NCBI RefSeq assembly: GCF_964204645.1
Contig: NC_134026.1
Location: 643,950 to 707,949 of the forward strand
Direction of reading: 5' to 3'
DNA length: 64,000 nucleotides
DNA from: Tubulanus polymorphus
Taxonomy: Eukaryota > Animalia > Nemertea
The notes beneath the pieces were generated by a model that saw only the letters and a list, made by a program, of their open reading frames with translations, was not told the DNA's origin and ran no database searches. This document shows positions 1-12,300 of this stretch, in pieces. How positions within the stretch are numbered: the first letter of the stretch is position 1; every line of letters starts with the position of its first letter. A program made the position numbers and the translations under genes.

Positions 1-382
1 AAGATGCTTAAATTGAGGAATTTGAGCCAGCAAAACGTCAATACAAATCAATTTATTTGTAATTCTGTTAATAATTGGTTTCCCAACTATGTTGATTGGA
101 TGATGCCTTCTGTTTAAACTTGTGAATGTGATTTCTGATGATCAGTTTTACTACAGTTCATTCAGACCATGAATGTTTTTCATGTTGGCTTCAACATGAA
201 ACAGAACCATAGCCTCTACTTTGGTCTCTAGGCCTAGTCTTGTAAAAGGTTTTGCCAACAAGGTTTAGTAATCAGATGGGCTTGTACCACAACCGATAGT
301 AGGGTTACTGGAGTTAAGTGTTGGCAAATTCAACCCCAATTTGCGAATCGATGAAACATTTCCGTCTCTTTTATTAAACCAG

Positions 383-1810
383 GGGCTGCTTGCGTTGTTG
401 CGAAAAATGAAAGCGAGTCCTTCTAAGGAACTCAAAATTCTTCTGTTGGGACTCGACAATGCCGGAAAAACTACACTGCTTAAGAAGATCGCTTCAGAAG
501 ATGTCAGCCATATCACACCTACTCAGGTATTACCACTTGAAAGCAAGTTTCAGAATTGACTGCTCGTTTTTGGTTTAATGAGGCACCATAAAAACACCTG
601 TGGACCGATCAAAGTTTCTGATTATATAAGAAAGTTAATTGAAGTTTGAGTCCCAGAAAAATGTTCGCTGTTCAAAGTTCACTAGAGATAGGTGTTCACT
701 TCAGGAGGTTTTAGTGTAGTATTCATCGACATATGAATTGCTCTTATTTCAAGAAATTGTATGTTTTTTTATTTCTAGGGGTTTAATATAAAAAGTGTGC
801 AATCGAATGGAATTAATTTGAATGTATGGGATATAGGTGGCCAGAGAAAAATACGTCCTTACTGGAGAAATTATTTTGTAGATATTGATATGTTAGTAAG
901 TATGATGAGTCTCCACAAACTGTCTCTCAAAACCTTTATAAAAACCAAACTGTTCTGTTCCTCATTTCAACCTTTAATCCCAGGGAGCACTGAACTTTTT
1001 TTTGTACTCGGAAAACTGCGCTTTACAAATGACTATTATTATTATTATTAAGACAAGTACAAAACATTTAGATCAAGGAATTTGCATACACGGTCTGTAG
1101 ATATTATAGTGATTTTTCCAGAAAACTAAGAGTGTAATTGTATTTTTTTCGTTATTAGGTGTTTGTGATCGACAGTTCAGATAGAAAACGTTTTGAAGAA
1201 ACAGAATTTGTAAGTAGGAAATATTTAGGAGCCATATTGATATAGCGCTTAGCAATACAAATAAACACTGACGCAATCGTTTGTTTTTGTAGGAGTTGAG
1301 TCATTTATTAGAAGAAGAAAAGTTATCCGGAGTCCCTATTTTAGTGTTTGCCAATAAATCGGATTTACTTACGGCTGCAACACCTAGTGAAATAACCACG
1401 GCCTTATCGCTTTCATCAATCCGTGATCGAAGCTGGCAAATTCAACAGTGTTCCGCTCTGAAGGGAACCGGGCTCAAGGTGAGAATACACGCAGAATGGG
1501 GACGCTATGTCTGACTGGCAATCGAGGATCCACCAGGTGTCGCTAATGTGCTTTCAGACAATGATTCCAGATTTCTTCTTTGATGATCAATTAAATGTGT
1601 CTTTGATTTCTTGAAGTCTACAGATTATGAATCGCTTATTTATGAACACTTCAGATCAATGAGAGTTTATCGGCAAGATTTGCCTAATTTCTCATGTGGG
1701 AGGCTTTTAAAGATCAAATGATCTCCTGAATATATTCAGTTCTTAACTTGATTCTTTTCTTCTTTCTCTAGGAGGGCTTAGAATGGCTTGCAAAAATGGT
1801 TAAAAAGTGA
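383..1810 (+). CDS. ARL3: ADP-ribosylation factor-like protein 3 (ARL3), multi-exon; ATG exon lies upstream of the window
   Basis: Exons ~383-526 ([32 protein letters not shown]), ~779-895 ([20 protein letters not shown]), ~1158-1209 ([14 protein letters not shown]), ~1293-1478 ([19 protein letters not shown]), 1772-1810 ([12 protein letters not shown]). GT-AG boundaries; motifs match the ARL3 subfamily. Confidence 0.93.
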
Positions 1811-3157
1811 TCTAAGGACATTGTTTGATACAAAAAAAACTCAAGAAGAAATTAACGACTCAATAACTGTGTATGTGAAATGCGTTCTAGTGAATCTATT
1901 TTGGTATCTACACAAGGGCTACCAATCTACGATGCACTCACTGAGAGACTACCTACTGGATTAGTGGAAGTTGGCCAATGATGCTGGTTCATCACTTTAG
2001 ATACAATTTGCCCCATTTTTTTTCAAAAATCCATAGAGCTAATTGAATGAAGAATAGAATAGAAACTTAAAAATAAATTGTCAAATAGAATTTTCCTAAG
2101 AAAACATGTTTTAGAAATCCATTATGCTGCAATTGTATCGAAAATGCTGCAGGATTATTCAAAAATTTCTTTGTTTCCTATAAAGGAAAGTTAAGGGAGA
2201 ACATTGAATAATAATTATTTTAGTTTAAAGAGAAGATATGAAAAGAGTTTCTGCTGCATAAATCTGATTACAGGGGTGAGATTGATGTAGAAAATATGAA
2301 TAGAAATTTAAATTTCTGTGAAGAAATATGGAAATTTTCAAAAATGCTGATGATTTTCATGTGCTTTTCTGAATTTTCTCACTGTTTTAAGAAGCACCTT
2401 CATTTAGGCCTTTTGTTTTTGAACTTCCAAAGTCTATCAATTTCATAGACCACAAGTGTCTTTGCTTCTTGTCATTGTGGCAACTAAGCACTGTTTCCTG
2501 TTGCAAGATCAAAGGCTTATTTGTATTCATATTTTGAAAAATTCTTGTGAAAGATTAAAAAATGGCAAAAAAATGACAATGAGAAAATTCTACTTTACAC
2601 CAATCTCATCTGTGTGATTGTGGAATGTGAAATGGATGAATGTTTGTGTCGATTCTTGAATAATATACTTAAGGGTGTTGTAAAATAAATGTGCACCAAA
2701 TCCTGTCTTATCACGTGTTCTTATATAATACAATACTTACCACGACCACCGTTCATAATCAAACCTACACGAAATCGAAATATTTTTTAAAGTATTTACC
2801 TTCATTTTTGTTTGCTGGTGAAACATTTCCTTTTGAGATTCGTCGAAATGATTTCGTATTTCTGAAATATTTTACTTCAATTTATCATCCGTCCAGGTTG
2901 GAGTTTATATCAATAAGAATCCATATGAAAACAATATTTTACAAGATTTGAAATAACCATCTTCGTGAAGTCCATATCCTCGATGAGATTTATCCGTTAT
3001 TTTTTAATCTGCAACGTTTACTGTAGAAATTACAATTGTTTTTTTTTTTTCCTAGTATATGTGCTTGAGAAATCTTCCCACCTTCGTCGAAATTTTAAAG
3101 TTTTGAATATTACGTAGAGGTTTTTTGCCTCAGTTCAGTACAAATGTAAGTAGTATA

Positions 3158-3325
3158 CAGTAGACTCTGGTTATTAGGCAGCCGATTGCCTCGGATTGTC
3201 ATTGCATGCCTCGAACAAAATATTTAAAATTTGCTTATTCCAATTCTTGCAATGACAATCCATTGTTGCTGCGACTCCTCTGAGAAAATTATTCTCGCTA
3301 CATCTCGGACGTGTGGAGTCTTCTG
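3158..3325. mobile_element. Degenerate MITE, same family as 6069-6232
   Basis: Starts TA|CAGTAGACTCTG, ends in degenerate GGAGTCTTCTG; length similar to the 6069 copy. Confidence 0.5.
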
Positions 3326-4501
3326 TTGTATGCTGTGCCTGGAAAATATGTAGCCGTCCAATACTATTAATGTGTTCTATCTGTGAGGATGGTTTATATT
3401 CATCAACTCATTGTACTTATTTATTTACAGTTTAGAACTCTGTTCAGATCAGAATTAATCATGAGCTGCAGAGTTAAACATTTTATCAGAGTCCGAGAGG
3501 ATTTAGGATATCCAGTTGACCCTATCCTCATCCTAATTATGTTGTCCTAAATGATTAAATATTGATTGTTGAAATAAGCCTGTGACTTATTTGTAGAGAG
3601 GACAGAAAGGTTCCTAGCTATCTGACCTGCCCTTATGTACTTATTCATTTCTGATTTTTTGTTCCTTTAACACAATTACCAGTATTGTGCAGCGATACAT
3701 CACTCTTTCTCAGACATTGTAACTTGTCAAATTCCTTAATGTTTATATTTGACTGAATAATAAACAGGAAAAGTCCTAATTTGTGATATGCAGCTCTGAT
3801 GTTTTCTTTCTTGTTGTTCTCCATAAAGTTGTGCATCATTGAGGGATGACCTCTTCACCGTGATAACTGACTACAGAAATAAACTCGTGTCATCCTAGGA
3901 AAATTGAAGCGAAGCCCTAGCACTACAAAAATGGAATTCTGCAAAGGAGCTGATTCTCCATTTGAGAATTTAAATTGCAGCGGAAACTTTATATTTTGTA
4001 ACAACATTTTTATTGGTAAAATTAAAAACAAATATAGCAGGTAATAATAACGATGAACAAAGTAGTTCTTCACAAATTCAATACATGTACAATACAATAC
4101 TTTGCCGTTGCTAATAATAGATTTCAATAAAGTTTCATAAAATGCTATTTGGACAGAACATTAACGTAGAGCAGTGTTGTTTCAATTCAATGAATTCTAC
4201 TAAATTTCACTGTTAACGATATCAAAAGCAGACGGATATGAAACGTTTGAAATACACGTAACCTAGAAATAGGTCAGCCTATAACTTATGGCGTTTAACA
4301 ATTAATATATAGGTGGACAAATTCTCTAGAAATGTTTGAGTTTCTTTTTGATACAAATACTATTCCCCATAATTTCACAATACACATTGAAAGATGGTTG
4401 GTTCTATAACATATAAATACCTAAAGGTTTTACGAAGAGAGGGGTGCAGAAATTCTCTATAGAAATTGATTCAGGATTTTTTGGTTACGGTAGTTGAATA
4501 T

Positions 4502-7500
4502 TTAGACAGATAATTCGTCGACTATAGCTAGTGTATAATCCGTAGTAGTTGAATAGCCTCCCATATCTGGTGTTCTCACCTACAAAACAAACAAATCATA
4601 TATTCAACTTTATGTCCCTGCAGTGCATGCTACAATGTATATCTGTTGAAATAAATTAAACATTTCATAAAAGCGCTGAAATATTGGTTGATGCTGCATC
4701 TATTAAATTAAACTGTGCAAAGATTTACACAACTGTGAATGGAGCATCATTTCTTTTCAGAGAATAATTTGATTCTGAGAACCTCAGCTAAATCATAACA
4801 AAGCATCTCTGAAACTTATATTCAATGGTATGAAAACATGGACCGGGTAGCTATAAATACCTAATAGGTTTATTTCATAATATTCCAATTTCTGCTGGTA
4901 AATTTGATAAAGACAGTTCGGCTAATGCAATCATATTTGTAACCAAAATTGATTAGGTTTAAGCCAATCACGCGCAAGCTTATCGAATAGTCATTTCAGG
5001 CAGATGTGAATTCACAAACAGAAAGCTAAATCATGAATGTAACTGCTAAAATGGTGCAGTCATATTGGTCTCATTTTATACAAGATTTTCCTCAAAGTCC
5101 GGTTCGTAATTTCAACCGTAGATTATTTCTGTACGGATTCCCGTTCGTATATATATGCGGTTACACGGGGAACTGTTTATCGGTAATTGTCATTTTGCGT
5201 CGGAGAATTCGCAGACGATCGTACGCGGTTTACATGACGATGTTAGCGCTCTCCGACTCGTATTGTCTGACCGGTAAATTCATGGGTTGGATCAACGTAG
5301 CGTCGTTTGCTCGCCGAGGTAAACCGACCATCACGTTCCATAGTTACGCCGCCTGCGTCCTACTGGAATATCCGCTGAACGTATTCTTCAACGTCAGCAT
5401 TTTTATGATAGTCGCGATCACCGTAGAACGTTTGGTTATTATAAAATGGCCGTTTTTAGGCCGTAGAATTTGTCAACCCAGGTCAGCGCGAGTGATCACG
5501 CTGGTTATGTTCGTCGTAGCGCTCGTATTAAACTGTATTCAATTCTTTACGATAAACTACGACGTAAAACACGGTTGCCACGCGACGAACGTAACGAATC
5601 CCGTACGCTATATTTTCGCGTTGTCGTTCGCGACTCTAGCGACTTACGGCCCGCTTATAATCATTCTAACAATCAACGTAATAATCGTTGTTTCTATCAT
5701 TCGCAAAAAGTCGATCGGAACGGGTGAAATTCAAACGATCAACGCGACTAAAGTAACAATTACAGTCGTTATCGTATCGTTCACGTTTCTAGCGTTACTA
5801 TTACCGGAAACTATACTCGTTATTTACCAATCGACGAATCCTCATTTAGCGCCGATTCTGTCGGCTATATTCGAAACGACGATGCTTCTATTTTCAATAA
5901 ACTACGCTTGTAACTTTTATCTGTACGTTTTAGTCGGGAACGAAATACGCAAAGAATTCATCGAAATGATCGCGAATATGATGAAATAAATCAATGATAC
6001 TGACGTAATTAGATTATTCAGATCTAAGTACGTATCAGATTAAACTAACGTGTATCAGATACTTGATACAGTAGACTCTGCTTGCCTCATATCTCACAGG
6101 ACCAATAGATACTTAGAGGTTAGAATTGTGGGGCAGTTGGAACAAAGATGGGTCGATCACAATGAATTGAATGAGGAGTAAATTTGTAATATATTGTCAA
6201 ACAATCAACTCCACCATAAACAGAGTCTACTGTATGTACTTCACAGCTCTGAGTATTGAGCTTTCCACTATCAGATTTCATACAATTTGGAAGCTAATCC
6301 CACAAAGACAACTTCAGGTTCTAGTCAAACGAAACAAACGCATAAAACACACCGACATAAGCGCAATGGAAAATTAGGAAATAATACATTACCTTTCCGG
6401 CTTTGATGACTTTCATAATAGAATTCACAATCATATCACTATGAAACTCTAGATGCATATGTTTCAACATGCTAGCAGCACCTAACAACATCGCTGTAGG
6501 ATTAGCGATATCACGACCTACAGCCTGAGCGTATGGATGTCTGGCACCCTAAATAAAAATATCATTTCATTACATTAAAATATTTGAAGATTTTATCATC
6601 GAATGTTTTTTCATCTAATCAATTCAGATGAACACTTACCGGTTCAAATATAGCTACATCGTGACTGTAACTTTCTCCCGGCACTACACCAGCGCCCCCT
6701 ACCAGTCCTGCTGCTAGATTGTCCACGATATTACCGTATAAATTGGGCATCACCATGACATCAAACTGACGAGGGTTTGAAACCAACTAGAAAATAAACT
6801 GTGTATGAATGATCATCATATCTCGAGGCAAATTATCTCCAGAATTATATTATCAATAATCATTACCTGCATACAACAATTATCAATAATCATTGACTCA
6901 AATTCTATAGTTGGGTACAACTTAGAAACCTCAGAACAACATTCCAGAAACAGACCATCACCCAGCTTCCTACAAAATCAGAAATATCCATGAAGCAATC
7001 CAAAAATAATTGTTTGCTTGCAGTAACACCTTACCAAGTTTTCAGGCAGGTAGTTTTTTTGGCCAAATTTCATAATAACGAGTAAAACTTACATGATGTT
7101 AGCTTTATGTACAGCGGTGACCTTCTTACGGTCGTGTTTAGTCGCAAAATCAAAAGCGAACTTGGCGATTCTCAGTGAGTTCGCGCGTGTGATGATCTTC
7201 AATGATTCTACAACTCCTTTAACACTCTACAAAACAATCGAACGAGTTGTAAAATGTCAATATCATGAAAGTTGAAAAACATTTGGAAGAAATGATGATA
7301 AACGCACTTGATGTTCGAGAGCGCTGTATTCTCCTTCAGTCTGTTCACGTATGATGACAAAATCTAGATTCTTATGTCGTGTTTGAACTCCTGGGAGACT
7401 CTTGATTAAAACTACATTCGCAAATAAATCAAGACTTCGCCTGGAAGTAAAATATAATGAGTGTGAAGCAAGGTCCAATTGATACACAATCACAGCAAAC

Positions 7501-9102
7501 TAAGCATCCTTTGTCAGAACAAAGATTATAATTCTTCTGACAATATTTACCTTAATTTCATGTTTAAAGTTTCTAGGATTCCGCCCTGAAATCCTGATGG
7601 TGTAGCTATAATACCCTTTAAACCGACTCGGTTCTTTTGAAATGATTCGACTGCAGTATCGACTTCAGCGCTCTGTACATGCTGTACTTCACTGCAGAAA
7701 AAAAGTCAACAGTCAAATACAGTCCAACTTACGTAAGTCCTAGCTCTTGTATGATACCTAATAATTTACGTGCCTTACGGCAAATGTATTTTTTTATATA
7801 CTAGAATTTTGTAAAACTAACCTCAAGAAAATCTCTTCAAAGTCGACAGGGACACCGGCTGCCGTGAAAACTGTTCTTACACAGTTCATCAATTCGGATC
7901 CGATACCATCACCGGGTACCATGGTAACCGTCTGACGACCTTCCGGTTTAGAAACGGGTTGAGTTGTCGGCTGAATGAAGATGAATAAAAAATTAATTTT
8001 CTTTTTCGCAAACTAGAATATTTGAATGATAGGTAAAATTTTCTAAAAATAGAAAGAAAAACCATGCTCTAGAATAGAAATATCAGAAAACAGGCCTTAG
8101 TTCCACATTTCTGAATTTGATAGTCAGAATTTTTATCTCAAGTGAAAATATCGTAAGACGAACAAATGTTAAACCAATGTCTGTGGAAGTGGGTCCTGAA
8201 TAGATGGGGAACAAGAGGAGAAAAACACTATCTGGATTAGTAATACTACAAACAGATCTATAAATCAAAATATTTGAAATGACACGATAAAATATTGATA
8301 CTGAATTGACAGCTTCTCAGGACGAGATATTGACAAACAAAAATAAACTAAAAACAAATAGATTAGTAGGATGACTGTTTATATATATATATATATATAT
8401 ATATACATACGAAAACAAATATTTAATGATTCTATATTTAACATATTTTTTTACTTCACCTTATCTTGAACCTGATTTATTTAGAAAAATAAACAAATCA
8501 CAAAATATCAATTTTCAATTGAATCTAGCTACACATTACAGAATTGAATGATTTCCTGTAGTAGTTTACTTACAGATGGTGATGATTGGATTGATGATAT
8601 TGATAAAACACGTGTAGCTACATTTTGAATCTGAAAAGAAATGAAAAGTCACAATAGGCCCTATGTCAAAATCATCAGGATGTCAAAATAACACTTCGCT
8701 GATTGGCTTTTTGGGATACATTGATAGTTCCTGGGGATCTTGCAATCATATTCATGTTGCAAGAAAGAAGCAATCAGTAAATGATGACAATGAGCCCTAT
8801 TTAAATTGTTGTAACGGAAATTTACGGTTTTGGAAAGCGGGCTCGAAAACGTATACTAGTCTAAGGGGCTAAATCACACAATTATTGATCGGTTTTTTTC
8901 GGTACATAGTTTGACTTCTCAACTAAAACAGCTCTTTTTGTACCAAATTCAATGACGTCATGGCAATTCTAAACGCATTCTTAGTTTAGAGCTTGATGGG
9001 TGTTTTTCAGGGTGTCACTAATTCTACTATAATCGATGTCCGTACCTGGATATTCTTAGATAAAAGGCGAAAACCTCGAAACATTGGAAATAACGACGCC
9101 AT
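4502..9102 (-). CDS. IDH3B: NAD-dependent isocitrate dehydrogenase 3 subunit beta, mitochondrial (multi-exon)
   Basis: First exon 9102-9046 [19 protein letters not shown] (transit-like). Later exons give [109 protein letters not shown]. Last exon 4579-4502 [15 protein letters not shown]. Confidence 0.93.
5033..5989 (+). CDS. Intronless rhodopsin-class (family A) GPCR, peptide-receptor-like, nested antisense in the last IDH3B intron
   Basis: 318-aa ORF with 7 hydrophobic segments, GN in TM1, LALSD in TM2, TVERL (DRY-like) and [10 protein letters not shown] in TM7. Confidence 0.88.
   Translation: MNVTAKMVQSYWSHFIQDFPQSPVRNFNRRLFLYGFPFVYICGYTGNCLSVIVILRRRIRRRSYAVYMTMLALSDSYCLTGKFMGWINVASFARRGKPTITFHSYAACVLLEYPLNVFFNVSIFMIVAITVERLVIIKWPFLGRRICQPRSARVITLVMFVVALVLNCIQFFTINYDVKHGCHATNVTNPVRYIFALSFATLATYGPLIIILTINVIIVVSIIRKKSIGTGEIQTINATKVTITVVIVSFTFLALLLPETILVIYQSTNPHLAPILSAIFETTMLLFSINYACNFYLYVLVGNEIRKEFIEMIANMMK
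6069..6232. mobile_element. Tc1/mariner-pogo-type MITE
   Basis: Perfect 12-bp TIRs CAGTAGACTCTG...CAGAGTCTACTG flanked by TA on both sides. Confidence 0.75.
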
Positions 9103-9395
9103 CTTGTTTTTGTCAATATAGCTTAATTTGATTTAATTTGTAATAATTTCTAAAGCGCAATTTATAAGTGATTGTAGCGATAAAATGATATTAAAGCACT
9201 GAAGATGATTAACAATATGTCTAACGTTAGCTAGAAGCTACTAGAATAAGCAGAAAATATAGAAATTCAGAATAAATATATTCAATTCAATTCATGGCCG
9301 GAAGTGGTGTCTCCGCCATCTTTGTGTCGCGGAGTTGCATGTGAGCGCTTTTTCGGGAATCATTTGGGTCCTCTGCTTAATACCCGTGTAAAATC
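9103..9395. promoter_or_regulatory. Bidirectional promoter region IDH3B/NUP153
   Basis: Start codons 293 bp apart, head-to-head; ETS/GABP-like CCGGAAGTG at ~9298 and YY1-like CGCCATCTT at ~9314 and ~9097. Confidence 0.65.
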
Positions 9396-12300
9396 ATGTC
9401 AGACGATGGAGTTGGTAAAATGAAACAGAAGAAGTCGCACGGTCACAGCAGTGCTTCAGCTAAACCTTACGACCGGAATAGACACAACAAGGTAACTTTG
9501 TTTTTACGATTCAAATTTCAAAACCACAAACCCGCGACTTTTTCCGGTCGGCCCGCTTACACCAGCAGGACAGGATCAACACGCATGGGATTCAATGCTA
9601 GATCGTTCCATTTTAACTCCATTTGTAGTCGCTGTAGTTTGTTTACAGGTTTCACGAATTCTTGTGGAAATCAGTCATGTCAAATAGGATGTCAATGCAT
9701 CATGTCAGAGAGATGAGATGCCACCGGCCACGGCACCAGCACTCAGCAGGCTCTGTCCCTCTCTGCTCTACTTGGCCCTGTCTGTGTGCCTCCCTAGATA
9801 AACCCTATAATATGCAGCCCCCTGAAATACCAGCATAAAGTGAACATTTCAATTTTCATATTTCAGTCGTTCTTGGGAAGAGTATCTGATACAGTGAGGG
9901 ATATACTATCACCGTCATGGCTTTTAGACGCGGTCAGTTCATTAAAACCGGCAAACATTCCACAACAAACTACAAATAGTCTGCAATATTCAGTAAGTAT
10001 TTCAACTATATTCAATGTAACAGGGTGTGTAACGGCGTTCCTACTAGGTCAGCTAGCGGAAATATTCCCTCACTCATGGCTCAGCGGTAGAGCGTCTGCC
10101 TTGGACGCCAATAGTTCGAACGTCGGGAAGGACAGATATTTCTTCCTGTTACATTCACAATGTAGGCTGGGTTCTTTAGAGAATTATAGAATTCAGCGAA
10201 TTGCCCCGGCCTCCTGTAAGATTCAGGTTATTTGACTAACTTTTTAAACTATTTTCAGCAATTCAATCCTAGTATAGATGTGACAGCTCCGGCTACAACT
10301 GCTTCTAAATCATCAGCATTTCCTTCTACATCGACTGCACTCTCATCACATTCGAGTTTATTGAATCATCGAAATGCTGGTGTATTTTCTGGCAGTAGTT
10401 TCTCTCCATATCAGCCGCGTGATTTCGGTTCTTTCAAACCACGAGGTAAGAGGAGAATATAGCGCGTCATTATTTACTAAACTAGATGTTCTAAGTTTGT
10501 TTTTCTAATAAAATTGTGCCTTTAATATTTGATAACTGATACAAACATTAAATATAAATGGTTTGCTTAGATACATTAAGTACATTATTAGCAATACTTT
10601 ATAAATACGTTGTAAATGAATGTTCTAAATAAGTCCATATCAATCTAGAAAAGGACAAGCAAAAAATAATCTCTGAATCGGTTGGTTGTTACATCAGGAC
10701 CATTTTTCTGCTTTGATTGCCTGTCAATCACGGCAGTGTGTCTAGCTGGACCTGTGATAACAGTTGATTCAAAAATGTGTGTGATAGCACTGCATTTATT
10801 CAGTCCATTTAAATTAATTGGTTCATTCCAGGTGCTAATTAGAACAGACTAATGTTAGGCTTATTGATATGTTTCTCATATATTTCCCTGAATTTCCGTG
10901 TTAAATTGTATTTATTCATGAAGCGTAACTAATTCCCATTTCGTATAACTTCGCTCATTGTTGTGAGTTTATATTATTACTGTTTAGTCTACCCCTATAC
11001 ATAGACCTGCAGTATACGCCGTTAAAACTCATTTTATGGGAAACCATTTTTCAGTTTCTGCTGAAAGCAGACCTTCGGACCCGGAATCTAGTCGTCCGGT
11101 AACTATAGACCAAGCCGATACATCGGATAGTTTTCTATGTCAGAGATCATCACAATTCACTGATGAACCATCGACTAGTGACTTAACGTTTGCAGGTATT
11201 TGACAGTGGATGTTTATATTGGAATCGATCAAATTAGATTTGGATATTTTTTTAGTTTGAATATCGATGTATTTTGTAGATAAAAGTCAACATCTAGAAA
11301 TGAACGGTCCACGTAATATACCAACACCGTACCGTACGCCCGGTCCAGGATTTAAATCATCTTTATTTACACCATTTAGAGTAAGTTGTTGCCCCTAAAC
11401 CCTAACACTACTAACAGTTTCCCAGCTCATATTATTGGAGAAAATCTAGGTTGACGATGGAAGTACTATCATACTAGTAGTATCATCTACTACTAAACCT
11501 TACCCCTAGCAGTGTCATCATAAGTGAATATTTCACGCTATTCAATAGGTGCTGCTATCTTTCAATAGTGATTTGAGCTAAATTACAAAGATACACTGCT
11601 GGTACTGATACTGAACAAACATAGAACCTGTTTTTGTTGTGGACTCAATAATAAACAGTTACTTATCTTGCCCTAGCTGTGGTGTATGGTTAGTGAATAT
11701 TTCACACTATGCTGCTATCTTTGAATAGTGATTTTAGCTAAATTACAAAGATACACAGCTGGGTACAGATACTGATAGAACCTGTTTCTGTTGTCGACTC
11801 AATGATAAACAGTTTGATTGTTTTTCAGAAAACTGATGAAGATACGAGTTCCGGATCAATAGTGAATAGTAGTTTAAACGAGATGTCGCGATTATCTCCG
11901 TATTATCCGGGTAAAACTGTGTACGGTGGATCTTCAACTCATAGAAAAACTAGACTCAAACCTAACAGTCCATATCAGGTACGTAGCAGCCGTAAAACTG
12001 GCTTAGATACGGGTACATTTATATATAATCCTTATAGATTAAGGAAAATTGGGGGAATTCTGGCTCTTTTCTTGAAAATGAAGGAAAAGTCAGGAAGGGA
12101 ATTTTTGTCGTCTTGTTCTTGCTGGTGATGAGTGGAACAATGATCCGTCTCCACTCCAGAATATATCATACATCATAATTTGATTAGGTAATTTTAGATT
12201 TCTGAACCATTTAATAATGATTCACGTTACAGATGGCTGTTCCGTTGAAGCGTGTTACAGCGCGTCCCACGCGAGCATCATCAAACTCAGTCACCAGTTC

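Noticed and set aside
1530-1544. CTCF-like motif CCACCAGGTGTCGCT in an ARL3 intron
   Set aside because: A single imperfect match with no supporting context.
1811-4200. Short ORFs between ARL3 and IDH3B
   Set aside because: AT-rich 3' UTR/intergenic sequence with no recognisable motifs or coherent exon chain.
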